The translations under genes and the position numbers were made by a program. This document shows, piece after piece, positions 29,744-40,112 of a DNA stretch of 64,000 bases. Source of the stretch: Casimicrobiaceae bacterium (lineage in GTDB: Bacteria > Pseudomonadota > Gammaproteobacteria > Burkholderiales > Casimicrobiaceae); the NCBI GenBank assembly GCA_037719965.1, contig JBBJMT010000013.1:26805-90804 (forward strand). The letters are read 5' to 3'. The notes beneath the pieces were generated by a model. That model did no database searches. It was given only the letters and a program-made list of their open reading frames with translations, and was not told the DNA's origin. The first letter of the stretch is position 1. Each line of letters begins with the position of its first letter.

Positions 29744-29854
29744 AATGATCAGGCGAAACAACTGACAATTCACGAAAATGCGAAACAACAACGCGGCACG
29801 TAACGCGCCACGAGGACTTGGCCCGACACAGTCGGGTAAGAGTTAGAACTCCCG

Positions 29855-30253
29855 ATGTCCGCACCAATTTTTCACATGATCAGTGGCGCGCCAGATCCTG
29901 TCGCGCCCTTCAGTCACGCGGTCGAGGCTGACGGCTGGGTGTTCGTGACCGGGCAGATGCCGTTCACTGATATTGCGAACATCTCCGCGTATCCGGAAAC
30001 AATCGAGGACCAGACGCGGCAGGTGATGAAGAACTTGACCACCGTGCTCCAGGGATGCGGGCTGAGCCTTGCCGACGTGGTTTCCGCGCGCGTGTACCTG
30101 CTGCACTTCGACGAAGACTACGCGCGAATGAACGCGGCTTACGCGAGTTATTTTCGCCAAGGACGTTTGCCCGCGCGTACTTGCATCGGTGTGACCGGTC
30201 TTGCGCGCGGCGCGCGAGTCGAAATCGACATGATTGCGCGGCGCCACGCGTAA
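29855..30253 (+). CDS. RidA/YjgF family protein
   Basis: PFSHAVEADGWVFVTGQ, PARTCIGVTGL, RVEIDMIA. Confidence 0.92.
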   Translation: MSAPIFHMISGAPDPVAPFSHAVEADGWVFVTGQMPFTDIANISAYPETIEDQTRQVMKNLTTVLQGCGLSLADVVSARVYLLHFDEDYARMNAAYASYFRQGRLPARTCIGVTGLARGARVEIDMIARRHA

Positions 30254-30340
30254 AAGTCCGATCGGTTGCGAGAATCTTGTCGGAGTTCTCGCTCATAGCG
30301 CGAAGCCGGCAGGTTCGAATTCCACGGCAATCAATACGGC

Positions 30341-30368
30341 AAGGGCTTGCAGAAATGCAGGCCCTTTT
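30341..30368. terminator. Intrinsic terminator-like hairpin
   Basis: AAGGGCTTGCA-GAAA-TGCAGGCCCTT: 11-bp stem with one G-U pair, GAAA loop, followed by T residues. Confidence 0.6.
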
Positions 30369-30698
30369 CGCTACGCGTGGACTTGACCTGACGGGCGGTT
30401 CAAGCCAGGAGCGGGTCGGGGCGCGATTTTTGCGGGAGAACGATGACTTCTACCGCGAGCCCCCGGAACGGGCCGCATACGTATCCAAATTCGGCACCTT
30501 TTGCGTATGTTCATCCATTCCCTGCGATGCCGCGGAAACGGGCGTGCGGTTCACGCGTTCGTACATTTCCGCACGAATGGTGCGGCACACGCTGTCAACG
30601 ACAAAAACGCACGCTTTCCGGTTAGTGATCCGCGATTAACGTCGACGCCGAGCCGAACGTACCTTTCCAGTCTTTGGGTACGCATCATTATCGCGGCG

Positions 30699-33260
30699 AT
30701 GGTGGTCATGACCGCTACTGCAAACGCTCTTGCGCAAAGTCCTTCCAGCAAGACTCTGATAGTGGGCAGCGCAGAAGACTATCCCCCTTTCGCCGTTGGC
30801 CGGAGTATCGAAACCGCCGGCGGGTTCACCGTCGAATTATGGCAAGCGGCGGCTAAAGAAAGCGGGCTTAACTATGCCCTTCGCGTCGCCCCATTCCACC
30901 AGATACTCGAGGAATTCAAAGCCGGGAAGATCGACGTCCTGATCAACCTCGCGCAGTCGCAGGAGCGACGCCAATTTGCGGAATTCACCGTTCCCCATGT
31001 CACCGTCAATGGGGCGATCTTCGTGCGCAAAGACGATTCCGGCATCCAGTCGGAAGCCGACTTCTCCGGCAAGTCGATCGTCGTCATCAAGGCCGATCTC
31101 GCGCACGAATATGCGGTGACGAGAGGCTGGCAGAAGCAGCTTGTCCTGGTGAAAACTGCAGCGGAGGGTTTTAAGCTGCTCGCATCGGGCAAACACGACG
31201 CCGTGCTAATCGGCAAGCTCGCCGGAATGCAGACCATGCAGGAACTGCAACTTGCAAACGTCAAGCTGCTGGATGGTCCAGCAGGATTTTCCCAAAAGTT
31301 CTCGTTTGCCGTACACGCCGGAGAATCGGAGCTACTGGCCAGAATCAATGAAGGCCTCGCATCGACCAAGCCCAGTGGGATTTACGATGCCTTGTATGAA
31401 AAATGGTTCGGCTTGTCTGAAGCGAAAGCGGTACCGTTTCGGAACTTACTATGGTACGCGATATCACTAGGACTCGTCCTAGTAGGTCTCGCCGGGTTTT
31501 TCTTCTATAAACGCCGAAACGAGCGCAACGCGGTCGCCGCGGCTCTGCGCCTGGCGTCAAAGGTCTTCGAAGCGACGACGGATGCGATCGCGCTGAGCGA
31601 CGCCGATGATCGCGTCGTCATAATCAATGCTGCCTTCGAGAAACTGACTGGATTCACGGCCGGCGAAATGGTCGACCTGCCGTGGGTAGAGTCACCCTTT
31701 CGGCCGGTCGATCCGATCGAATCAGCGAAACGGGGCGAGCAACTTCTTCGCGATGGCTACGTCACCGGAGAAGTCACACGATTCCGCAAGGATGGCAAGG
31801 AGCTCTCACTTGGGATCACGGCAACGCGGGTCTACGACAAAGAGGGCAAGCTTGCCAATTACGTTCGCGTTTTTTCCGACATTTCGGCGCTGAAAGAGTC
31901 CCAGCGGCAACTCGAACAGTTGGCGACGCACGACGCTCTCACCGATCTTCCCAACCGCAATTTGTTCAACGACCGGTTGAACCAGGCGATCAGCCATGCG
32001 CAACGTACCGACTCGGGCCTTGGCGTGTTCTTTCTTGATCTCGATCATTTCAAATATGTGAACGACGGCTTCGGCCACGACGTCGGGGACGCTCTTCTCA
32101 CGACGGTAGCGCGTGAGCTCCAGGACCACGTGCGCAAGGGCGACACAGTGGCGCGGGTCGGCGGTGATGAATTCGCAATTCTCTTGACCAATCTGAAAAA
32201 CACCGCGGTCGACGCTGCCACCATTGCGCGCAAAGTGCAGGAAAGGTTCTCCCGGCCCCTCGTGGTCGGGGAACGGGAACTCACGATCACGCCGAGCATC
32301 GGAATCAGTCTCTACCCGGGAGACGGCGAAAACGCCGCGCGGCTGCTCACGCGCGCGGATGCCGCGATGTATCTCGCCAAGGAGAAGGGGCGCAACGGCT
32401 TCGCGTTCTACACCAGCGAAATGAGCAACAAGGCGATCGAGCGTGTCGGACTTGAAGCGGCACTGCGTCGGGCACTCCAGCTCGGACAATTCGAGCTGCA
32501 TTACCAGCCTCAGGTTTTGATCGCGAGCGGTGAATTGACCGGCATGGAAGCGTTGCTTCGCTGGCGACATCCGGATATGGGTTTGATTCCGCCAGTCCAA
32601 TTCATTCCCATGGCCGAAGAGACCGGGCTCATCGTCGCAATTGGAGAATGGGTGCTGCGAACCGCATGCCTGCAGATCAGAGCGTGGCAAGAAGCCGGGC
32701 TGCCGTTGCTCACCGTCGCGGTCAACCTCTCGGCACTCCAGTTGCGGCAAGCCGGATTCGTTGGCGTCGTGGCCCAGATCCTCGAGGAAACGGGACTCGA
32801 GCCGCGTTACCTCGATCTCGAGATCACCGAAAGCATGGTGATGGGCAAAACCGAGTTCGCCGTTCCAACTTTGAAGGATTTAAAGGCGCTGGGAATTGCC
32901 CTCACGATCGACGACTTCGGCACCGGCTATTCGAACCTCGGATATCTCAAGAGTTTTCCTCTGGACCAGATCAAGATCGACCGATCGTTCGTGCAAGACT
33001 TGCCGAATTCCAACGATGCCGCGTCGATTGCGCGCGCCATCGTGAGCATGGGGCACAGCCTGGGATTGCGTGTGATCCCGGAGGGCGTGGAAACTTTCGC
33101 CCAGGCGAGGTTTCTTGCGCGCATCGGATGCGAGCATGCGCAGGGATTTCTGTACTGCAAACCGCTGCCGGCGGAAGAGTTCGCAGCGTGGGTCACGGCC
33201 CGCGCAACCGCGATCACCGGCACATGCGAACGCCGCGTGGAACCGGAAGCCGTGATCTAA
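30699..33260 (+). CDS. c-di-GMP enzyme: periplasmic solute-binding domain, TM, PAS, GGDEF and EAL
   Basis: SAEDYPPF (PBP), TM near WYAISLG, PAS, RKGD I-site plus GGDEF, GMEALLRW, DDFGTGYS; the ORF extends to 30501 and the true start is uncertain. Confidence 0.9.
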   Translation: MVVMTATANALAQSPSSKTLIVGSAEDYPPFAVGRSIETAGGFTVELWQAAAKESGLNYALRVAPFHQILEEFKAGKIDVLINLAQSQERRQFAEFTVPHVTVNGAIFVRKDDSGIQSEADFSGKSIVVIKADLAHEYAVTRGWQKQLVLVKTAAEGFKLLASGKHDAVLIGKLAGMQTMQELQLANVKLLDGPAGFSQKFSFAVHAGESELLARINEGLASTKPSGIYDALYEKWFGLSEAKAVPFRNLLWYAISLGLVLVGLAGFFFYKRRNERNAVAAALRLASKVFEATTDAIALSDADDRVVIINAAFEKLTGFTAGEMVDLPWVESPFRPVDPIESAKRGEQLLRDGYVTGEVTRFRKDGKELSLGITATRVYDKEGKLANYVRVFSDISALKESQRQLEQLATHDALTDLPNRNLFNDRLNQAISHAQRTDSGLGVFFLDLDHFKYVNDGFGHDVGDALLTTVARELQDHVRKGDTVARVGGDEFAILLTNLKNTAVDAATIARKVQERFSRPLVVGERELTITPSIGISLYPGDGENAARLLTRADAAMYLAKEKGRNGFAFYTSEMSNKAIERVGLEAALRRALQLGQFELHYQPQVLIASGELTGMEALLRWRHPDMGLIPPVQFIPMAEETGLIVAIGEWVLRTACLQIRAWQEAGLPLLTVAVNLSALQLRQAGFVGVVAQILEETGLEPRYLDLEITESMVMGKTEFAVPTLKDLKALGIALTIDDFGTGYSNLGYLKSFPLDQIKIDRSFVQDLPNSNDAASIARAIVSMGHSLGLRVIPEGVETFAQARFLARIGCEHAQGFLYCKPLPAEEFAAWVTARATAITGTCERRVEPEAVI

Positions 33261-33360
33261 GCAGCTTGAAATTTGCGGCGCCAGTCCGCAAATGCGGTGT
33301 ACCGAAATACAGCGATTCTCTGCTAATCTGTATCCGCAATTTCACTGCGAAGGAACAGAC

Positions 33361-33945
33361 ATGGGCATTTTCGATCAGCTATTCGGAAGCGATAAAACGC
33401 AGTCTCGTGCGCCGGCATCTGGGCAGCCCGAGGCCACGGCGGACCAGCAAGCCATCGAGCGGTACCGCTACATGCTCAAAACCGCGCCGCCCGAAACCAT
33501 CGAGCAGGCACACGCGGAAGCATTCGCGAAGCTAACGCCCGAACAACGGCGCGTGGTCGCCGAGCAGTTGAGCGCCGAGGTGCCGGAGGCAGAACGAGTC
33601 GTGGCGATGCAAGATGGCGCGAGTCCCCACTCGCTCGCGCGATTGGCCACGCGGGCCGAAGTGCGAAACCCGGGCACGATGGAGCGCACATTCGGCCGCT
33701 TGGGCGGAGGTGGCTTGGGCGGTCTGATGGCGGGCACCTTTTTGAGCGGTATCGCCGGCGCAGTGGTCGGATCGATGATCGCGCAGCACTTCTTCGGTGG
33801 CGACACTTCGTTTGGCGCGGGTGGGAACGCAACTGAAGCCGCGAGTGGCAAGGACGCAAGCACCGATACGTTCGGGGGGCCGGGCGACCAAGCGCCTGAC
33901 GCCTTTGGCGGTGACATTGGAGGAGGCGGCGGCTGGGATGTTTAG
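33361..33945 (+). CDS. Conserved hypothetical protein with Gly-rich hydrophobic segment and acidic tail
   Basis: MGIFDQLFG start with SD; YRYMLKTAPPETIEQAHAEAF; C-terminus DIGGGGGWDV. Confidence 0.65.
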   Translation: MGIFDQLFGSDKTQSRAPASGQPEATADQQAIERYRYMLKTAPPETIEQAHAEAFAKLTPEQRRVVAEQLSAEVPEAERVVAMQDGASPHSLARLATRAEVRNPGTMERTFGRLGGGGLGGLMAGTFLSGIAGAVVGSMIAQHFFGGDTSFGAGGNATEAASGKDASTDTFGGPGDQAPDAFGGDIGGGGGWDV

Positions 33946-33967
33946 GTAGGTCCGCGGGAGGTTTCCA

Positions 33968-35110
33968 GTGCGCCACGCAGCCGCCCTGTTTGTGATTGCC
34001 GTTATAACGACGGCGATCGCCACCTCGAGCGCGGCTCAGGCGCCGCGCTCACCGACGCCTCCGTTAAGCGAAGCGCCGATTCGCACGACCATCGTCGCCA
34101 AAGGGCTGGAGCATCCCTGGGGTCTGGCCTTCTTGCCGAACGGCAGCATGCTCGTGACCGAGCGCGCCGGGCGTCTGCGGCTGGTTGACAAGGACGGGCA
34201 ACTCGACAAGCCCATCGCTGGAGTTCCGCAAGCGCAGGTCGCCGGACAAGGTGGCTTGCTCGACGTCGCTGTGTCGCCGACATTTGCACAGGACCGGCTG
34301 GTTTATTTGAGCTACGCCGAGCCTGGTGAGGGTGGCGCCGGTACGGCGGTTGCGCGGGCGCGGCTCGACGCTGGCAAGTTCAACGATCTACAGGTGATCT
34401 GGCGCCAGGTGCCGAAGGTCAGCGGACCGAATCATTGGGGCTCGCGCTTGGTGTTTGCGCGCGACGGAACGCTCTTTGTCACGACCGGCGATCGTTTCGC
34501 GCATCGCGAACGCGCGCAGGATCTCGCGACGACCATCGGCAAGGTCATCCGCATCAACGCCGACGGGTCCATCCCACAAGACAATCCGTTCGTCAAACGC
34601 GGGGGTGCGCGGCCTGAGATCTGGTCCTATGGCCACCGCAACGTGCAGGCAGCAACGCTGCATCCGCAGACCGGTCAACTCTGGACCGTCGAACACGGCG
34701 CCCGTGGCGGCGACGAGCTCAACCATCCGCAAGCGGGGAAGAACTACGGCTGGCCGGTCATCACCTACGGTGTCGATTATTCCGGCGCTAGAATCGGCGA
34801 GGGTCAGGCCAAGCCTGGGATGGAACAACCCGTCTATTACTGGGATCCCGTAATCGCGCCGTCAGGCGCGACGTTTTATACCGGCGACGTCTTTCCGGAA
34901 TGGCGGGGAAGCCTCTTTATCGGCTCGCTGCGACCGGGTGCGCTGGTCAGGCTCACGATGAGTGGCGACAAGATTACCGCGGAAGAACGCTATCTGGGCG
35001 ACGCCGGCCGCATCCGCGACGTTGCGCAAGGGCCCGATGGTCTTCTCTACCTCCTGACCGACGAGGCCGACGGCCGCATCCTCAAAGTTGAACCCGTCAA
35101 GACGAAGTAA
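33968..35110 (+). CDS. PQQ-dependent aldose sugar dehydrogenase (YliI/sGDH type)
   Basis: [44 protein letters not shown]; signal peptide. Confidence 0.92.
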   Translation: MRHAAALFVIAVITTAIATSSAAQAPRSPTPPLSEAPIRTTIVAKGLEHPWGLAFLPNGSMLVTERAGRLRLVDKDGQLDKPIAGVPQAQVAGQGGLLDVAVSPTFAQDRLVYLSYAEPGEGGAGTAVARARLDAGKFNDLQVIWRQVPKVSGPNHWGSRLVFARDGTLFVTTGDRFAHRERAQDLATTIGKVIRINADGSIPQDNPFVKRGGARPEIWSYGHRNVQAATLHPQTGQLWTVEHGARGGDELNHPQAGKNYGWPVITYGVDYSGARIGEGQAKPGMEQPVYYWDPVIAPSGATFYTGDVFPEWRGSLFIGSLRPGALVRLTMSGDKITAEERYLGDAGRIRDVAQGPDGLLYLLTDEADGRILKVEPVKTK

Positions 35111-35283
35111 ACGATTTCCCGCATGCTAACGCGTTGCGGCGTGGGATGCGCATGCCTCCTGGCCTGATCCTTGCTCATCTTCGGTCAACGCGGGCCAATG
35201 CTCCAGCGTTATTATTGTGAGCCCCAAGGGTTAGCTCTTAAGTTCTTGGCTTCTAACGTTTATTTCCAACATTGGAGGAATCG

Positions 35284-36102
35284 ATGAATGCACCGTTGCG
35301 CAGCCTAATCGGCATGGCCGCACTAGCGATCGCCACGCAAGCGGCGGCCCAGGTCACTTTTTTCGAGCGGGAAGGGTTTCAGGGCCGCTCTTTCACTACG
35401 GAACAACAGATAGGGAATTTCGAGCGGTTCGGATTCAACGATCGCGCATCGGCGGTCATCGTCGACCGGGGTCGGTGGCAACTGTGCGAGCACGCGCGCT
35501 TCCAAGGGCAGTGCGTGGTGCTGCGCCCCGGCCAGTATGAATCGTTAGCCGCGATAGGACTTAACAACAGCGTGTCCTCAGTGCGGCCCGTTAGCCGCAA
35601 TGCGCGTGACGATGATCGCGACGATCGTGTCGGGCACCCGCTGGCGGGAGGGTACGACTACCGCCAGCGCGATAACGAACGCCTCTATCAGGCGGACGTT
35701 ACCTCAGTACGTGCGGTCGTCGGGCCAGCCGAGCAGCGTTGCTGGGTCGAGCGCGAGCAAGTCGTTCAAGATCGCCGCGACGGCGCCAACGTTCCTGCGG
35801 CGATTGCGGGAGGGATCATCGGCGGTATTCTCGGGCATCAGATCGGAGGCGGTCGTGGACGGGATATCGCGACCGTCGGTGGTGCTGTCGGAGGGGCCGC
35901 ACTAGGCGCCAACGTTGGACGCGGTGGCGGCGGACAACAGGTGTACAGCCAGGACGTCCAGCGTTGCGCCAATGTATCGCAGGCTCGGCCGGAGTATTGG
36001 GATGTCACGTACAACTTCCGCGGACAAGAGCATCGCATGCAAATGAACCAGCCCCCGGGACCCACAATCACTGTCAATCGCGCCGGGGAACCGCGCGTCT
36101 AA
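35284..36102 (+). CDS. Secreted beta/gamma-crystallin plus glycine-zipper (YcfJ-like) protein
   Basis: Signal peptide; VTFFEREGFQG...FNDRASAV and LCEHARFQG...NNSVSSVR crystallin motifs; GGILGHQIGGGRG zipper; GGAGG SD. Confidence 0.85.
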   Translation: MNAPLRSLIGMAALAIATQAAAQVTFFEREGFQGRSFTTEQQIGNFERFGFNDRASAVIVDRGRWQLCEHARFQGQCVVLRPGQYESLAAIGLNNSVSSVRPVSRNARDDDRDDRVGHPLAGGYDYRQRDNERLYQADVTSVRAVVGPAEQRCWVEREQVVQDRRDGANVPAAIAGGIIGGILGHQIGGGRGRDIATVGGAVGGAALGANVGRGGGGQQVYSQDVQRCANVSQARPEYWDVTYNFRGQEHRMQMNQPPGPTITVNRAGEPRV

Positions 36103-36134
36103 CTTAAGGTTTGGCGCTCCATCGGAGCGCCCAG

Positions 36135-36162
36135 ACAAAGCGGCCTTCTTGGGCCGCTTTGT
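36135..36162. terminator. Bidirectional intrinsic terminator between convergent genes
   Basis: ACAAAGCGGCC-TTCTTG-GGCCGCTTTGT, perfect 11-bp stem. Confidence 0.75.
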
Positions 36163-36303
36163 TCTTCAGGTCGCGTTGCCGTCGGCGGGTCAGATATCGC
36201 GCTATTAGCAACATCGGCAATTCACCCTCCTCGGATGCGGAAGCCAGGACGAACCCGATGCGTGTCGGGCTCTTTGGTCGCACTCCTCGGCTGCCGCGCT
36301 TAC

Positions 36304-37905
36304 TCACGAGCTACACGAGAGCATCGAGCATCCAGCACGGTTGCGCGCCCAGTCCGGCCGGCGCTGTGCGAACGGCTCGCGGCCGGGTTGGTCCTCGTAC
36401 GGACGGCGCAACGCGTCGAGCAACTCATGGATGCCCGCGTCGTCGCCCTCTTCCGCACGATCGATCGCCTGCTGCGCCAAATAGTTGCGCAGAACGTAGC
36501 GCGGGTTGGCAGCATGCATGCGGGCGCGCCGCTCGGCATCCGGCATCGCGTCACGGCGTACGCGAGCGCCGTATCGCGCCAGCCAGTCGTTGCACGCCGG
36601 CGCGAACTGTCGCTGCTTGGCTCCGTCATAAAACGCGTGGTTCAGCGGAACGAGCGTCGGCGCGTCAATATCCACGTCACGCAGCGCACGGAAAAACAGC
36701 GTCATGTCAACTTCGGCTGTTTGCAATAACGTATGCAGCGCTTGCATGAGGTGGACGTCTTCATCCAAGCATTCGCCGAGGCCGAGCTTGGCCGCAATGT
36801 TGCCGCGATCGGCCTTGCTGTACGCGTCCACGTAGCGCTGCAATCCCGCGTGCAATGGGTCGGGCGAGGCAAAGACCGGCGCGAGCGTGCCCGCGAGACG
36901 GGTTAGATTCCAATAGGCGATTTGCTTTTGCTGACCGAACCGGTAGCGGCGCCCTTCCGCATCGGTCGTGTTGGGCGTCCAGTCGAGGTCGAAGTTATCG
37001 ACCCAGCCGTACGGTCCATAATCGATGGTCAGGCCCAAGATCGACATGTTGTCGGTGTTCATCACGCCGTGGACGAAACCCACGCGCATCCAGTGCGCAA
37101 TCATTCGCGCAGTGCGTTCGCATACCTGCGCGAACCATTCTGCCCTCAGTTGTTCGTTCAGCGGCTCGGTCATTCCACCGCCCATCGCTGAAATCAACTC
37201 CGGAAAATCGCGGCGGATCGTGAAGTCGACGAGTTGCTCGAGGAGCGTCACGTCGCCGCGCGACGCGGGCAGCTCGAAATTGCCGAAACGAATAAACGAC
37301 GGCGCGACCCGGCATACGATTGCGCCCGGTTCGGACTTGGGGTGACCATCGTAGAACATGTCGCGTACGACCTCTTCGCCAGTCCCGACCAGGCAGAGCG
37401 CACGCGTGGTTGGCACACCGAGATGATGCATCGCCTCGCTGCACAGGAATTCACGAATCGACGAACGCAACACGGCGCGACCGTCGGCGCTGCGCGAATA
37501 CGGCGTCGGACCGGCGCCCTTGAGTTGCAACTCCCAGCGCTCCCCTGCCGCGTTGATTGTTTCTCCCAGCGTGATCGCGCGGCCGTCGCCGAGTTGTCCC
37601 GCCCAGTTACCGAACTGATGCCCGCCGTAGTTGGCCGCGTACGGCTGCATACCCGAAAGCGTGGCATTGCCGGCGAAGACTTGCGCAAACATCGGCGATG
37701 CGACAGTCTCCGCGTCAATACCCAATAACGACGCCACTTCGCGCGAATGCGCAATCAGTCGCGGCGCTGCGACCGGCGTGGGTTCGACGTACGAATACAG
37801 CGCCCTGTGCACCTGCCGCAGCCGCGGCCCCGCCTCCGGGTCGCCGGGCAGTTGAGACACGAAGGCATTGTCAAAACGCAGGGTTTGCATGAAGTCGGCG
37901 GTCAT
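36304..37905 (-). CDS. selO: Protein adenylyltransferase SelO (YdiU)
   Basis: [51 protein letters not shown]-terminal LSCSS. Confidence 0.95.
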   Translation of the reverse strand: MTADFMQTLRFDNAFVSQLPGDPEAGPRLRQVHRALYSYVEPTPVAAPRLIAHSREVASLLGIDAETVASPMFAQVFAGNATLSGMQPYAANYGGHQFGNWAGQLGDGRAITLGETINAAGERWELQLKGAGPTPYSRSADGRAVLRSSIREFLCSEAMHHLGVPTTRALCLVGTGEEVVRDMFYDGHPKSEPGAIVCRVAPSFIRFGNFELPASRGDVTLLEQLVDFTIRRDFPELISAMGGGMTEPLNEQLRAEWFAQVCERTARMIAHWMRVGFVHGVMNTDNMSILGLTIDYGPYGWVDNFDLDWTPNTTDAEGRRYRFGQQKQIAYWNLTRLAGTLAPVFASPDPLHAGLQRYVDAYSKADRGNIAAKLGLGECLDEDVHLMQALHTLLQTAEVDMTLFFRALRDVDIDAPTLVPLNHAFYDGAKQRQFAPACNDWLARYGARVRRDAMPDAERRARMHAANPRYVLRNYLAQQAIDRAEEGDDAGIHELLDALRRPYEDQPGREPFAQRRPDWARNRAGCSMLSCSS

Positions 37906-37983
37906 GGCACCACCGTGGTGAAAAGGTAGACAGCAAAGATAACCAAGTGCACAGTGCCTTGAACTTTTCGCAAAGATTCAATA

Positions 37984-38973
37984 TCACTTTGGCGGTACCA
38001 TCCGAAACCCCTTCAAGATTTCCCCCATGACCCAGGCCGTTCGCGCGGCGGTGGAACCAGTACTGGAGCACTGCCCCATTCCATTCAGCTCGTTCACGAT
38101 GGTCTGGATCATCGGCTGATGAACGTACGGTGGGTCGCCTACGTGAAACTCTTCGACTGAGCCGCCACGCAGGAGTCGGATCGGTACCGGCTGACTGGTG
38201 GAAAATTGGATCCGGCCCGTAGTGCCGATGATCTCGTTCATTTCATGGTCTTCGTCGGCGGTATAGCACCACGTGCCGCTGCCATGGATACCGGACTGGA
38301 ACCGGTATGCGGCAACGACGACGTCCTCTGGCTTGTAGGCATTGGCCTGGTTGCCAGCAATCGCTTCGATCTTGACGATCGGGCCAAATAGGTAATCGAG
38401 GAAATCAAAGGTATGGCAGGCGGTCTCGAAGAAGAAGCCGCCACCGCTCAATGCGGGGTTCACGCGCCAGGGAATCGGATCGTCCGCGCATTGGTTTGGC
38501 AAGCGCGCGGTCTGCCGTGAAATGACGACGCGCACCGCTCCTATTGCCCCCGCCTCGACCAACTGCTTGACTTTGAGGAATCGCGGCAAGGCGCGGCGAT
38601 AGTAGCCTACCCATAGCGGGACACCAGCCGATCGACACGCCTCGATCATTTCTAAGGCCTCGCCGTAGTTCATGGCCATTGGCTTCTCGACGTAAACAGG
38701 TTTCCCGGCCTGCGCGCACCGCAATGTGTAATGACAGTGGCTGTCGGTCAGCGTCGCAATGTAAACAGCATCGATGTCAGGCGCGTTTAGGATCGCCTGC
38801 GCATCGTCAGACCAGCGCGCCACGCCGTGGCGTTGGGCGAAGTCCGCGGCGCGTGCACCGTTCCGACGCATAACCGCAACCAGCGACGAGTGGTCGGCTT
38901 GGTAGAACCCGGGACCGCTCTTCACTTCGGCGACGTCGCCGCAACCGATCATGCCCCAGCGAACGGTCTTCAT
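37984..38973 (-). CDS. Gfo/Idh/MocA family oxidoreductase
   Basis: WGMIGCGDV, VYIAT, YVEKPMA, GYYRR. Confidence 0.9.
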   Translation of the reverse strand: MKTVRWGMIGCGDVAEVKSGPGFYQADHSSLVAVMRRNGARAADFAQRHGVARWSDDAQAILNAPDIDAVYIATLTDSHCHYTLRCAQAGKPVYVEKPMAMNYGEALEMIEACRSAGVPLWVGYYRRALPRFLKVKQLVEAGAIGAVRVVISRQTARLPNQCADDPIPWRVNPALSGGGFFFETACHTFDFLDYLFGPIVKIEAIAGNQANAYKPEDVVVAAYRFQSGIHGSGTWCYTADEDHEMNEIIGTTGRIQFSTSQPVPIRLLRGGSVEEFHVGDPPYVHQPMIQTIVNELNGMGQCSSTGSTAARTAWVMGEILKGFRMVPPK

Positions 38974-38975
38974 TA

Positions 38976-39241
38976 GGGCCTGTTCACACTATGGACGCAA
39001 ACGCGAACGGGTGGCCTGGGGCGCCAATCGCGGCAGCCGACGAAGCCAAGACTTGCGGTCTTGGCGAGGAGAGCAACAAAGAGTGGCGCCCCAGGGCGCC
39101 CGTTCCCTTCGGGTTGCTGCCGAAACGCTCATCGCTGCGTTGCGAAGGCTTGCCGGGTGCCCGACCCGCCTTCGCCTCCGCGCCTTGCGCTGAGCGTTTT
39201 CGGCCGTGCAACGCGTTTGTGCCCATAGTGTGAACAGGCCC
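38976..39241. mobile_element. MITE (266 bp, non-coding) with terminal inverted repeats and TA target-site duplication
   Basis: TA|GGGCCTGTTCACACTATGG ... CCATAGTGTGAACAGGCCC|TA: 19-bp perfect TIR extending imperfectly to about 30 bp; no transposase. Confidence 0.85.
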
Positions 39242-39282
39242 TAGTTTTCGTTGATGCGCTATGAAGTGCAGGCGTGCGCTTT

Positions 39283-40107
39283 TTAGAGGCCCAGCTTGCG
39301 GATGAACCCGTCGATCGCCTGCACGACCGCATCTTCCCGACCCGCGTAGAAGTGGTCGGCTCCCGGAATCATCACCTGCTCCGAGCGGGGGATATGCGCC
39401 AGCGCGCGCGCGCGGCTCGGCGCGGCCTCGACGCCGGCGGCTAGGTCGTTCTCGCCGTAGATGTCGAGCGTCGGCAGCCGGATTTTACCGGGAAACCATT
39501 CGATGCCAAGCCACGGAATGCTGATCAGACTCGCGCCCCAATAGCGACCCGTCACACCCAGCGCCACCCACGCAGCGAACGGCGGGTTGGGCGTCTCAAT
39601 GAGGTACACATTCGCCATCCATGAGCCCATCGAGTGGGCCACGAGCACCACGCCCCTGTAGCCTTTTCCCTGCAGATACCTTGCGGCAGTGGCAAGCCGG
39701 TCGCCCGCCTCCGGAAACAGCACCGGATAGTAGTCGCGCACGGTGATGCCTTCGCTCTTGGAAACCGGCATCTGGATCGAGAGCGTGGTGTAGCCGATAT
39801 CGGCGAGCCTGATACGCAGCACGCCGATGAGACTGTGATCGGGATGCACGCCAATGCCGTGCGCGAGCACGATTGCCATCGTCTTGTTGGTTCCCTCGGT
39901 GAGGATCGTCAGGAACTTATGGCCCTTGCCCGAGCCATCGGTAAGCTCGAGATAAAGCGGATCGCCTGCAACGATCGCGGGCGTGATCTCGTCGGCCCAA
40001 CGTTTCTCGCGCGCGTAATCCTGGGCCAGCGCCGGGCCGTGCAGGACGACGAGGCAGGTGACCAACGCCAGCGCGGCGCCACTGCGAATTCCACAATAAG
40101 CAACCAT
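39283..40107 (-). CDS. DUF3530-like alpha/beta hydrolase family protein
   Basis: Signal peptide; DYAREKRWADEI, HGIGVHPD, GYTTLSIQMP, AHSMG, GADHFY. Confidence 0.75.
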   Translation of the reverse strand: MVAYCGIRSGAALALVTCLVVLHGPALAQDYAREKRWADEITPAIVAGDPLYLELTDGSGKGHKFLTILTEGTNKTMAIVLAHGIGVHPDHSLIGVLRIRLADIGYTTLSIQMPVSKSEGITVRDYYPVLFPEAGDRLATAARYLQGKGYRGVVLVAHSMGSWMANVYLIETPNPPFAAWVALGVTGRYWGASLISIPWLGIEWFPGKIRLPTLDIYGENDLAAGVEAAPSRARALAHIPRSEQVMIPGADHFYAGREDAVVQAIDGFIRKLGL

Positions 40108-40112
40108 CGCGT

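Noticed and set aside
30370-30698. c-di-GMP riboswitch upstream of the GGDEF-EAL gene
   Set aside because: No GGCAAA...GGGACGCAAAG class I pattern is present.
36304-36330. Selenocysteine recoding in SelO (TGA stop) or in the YHS protein
   Set aside because: SelO ends in CSS with Cys at the position that is Sec in eukaryotes, and the YHS ORF has no internal TGA.
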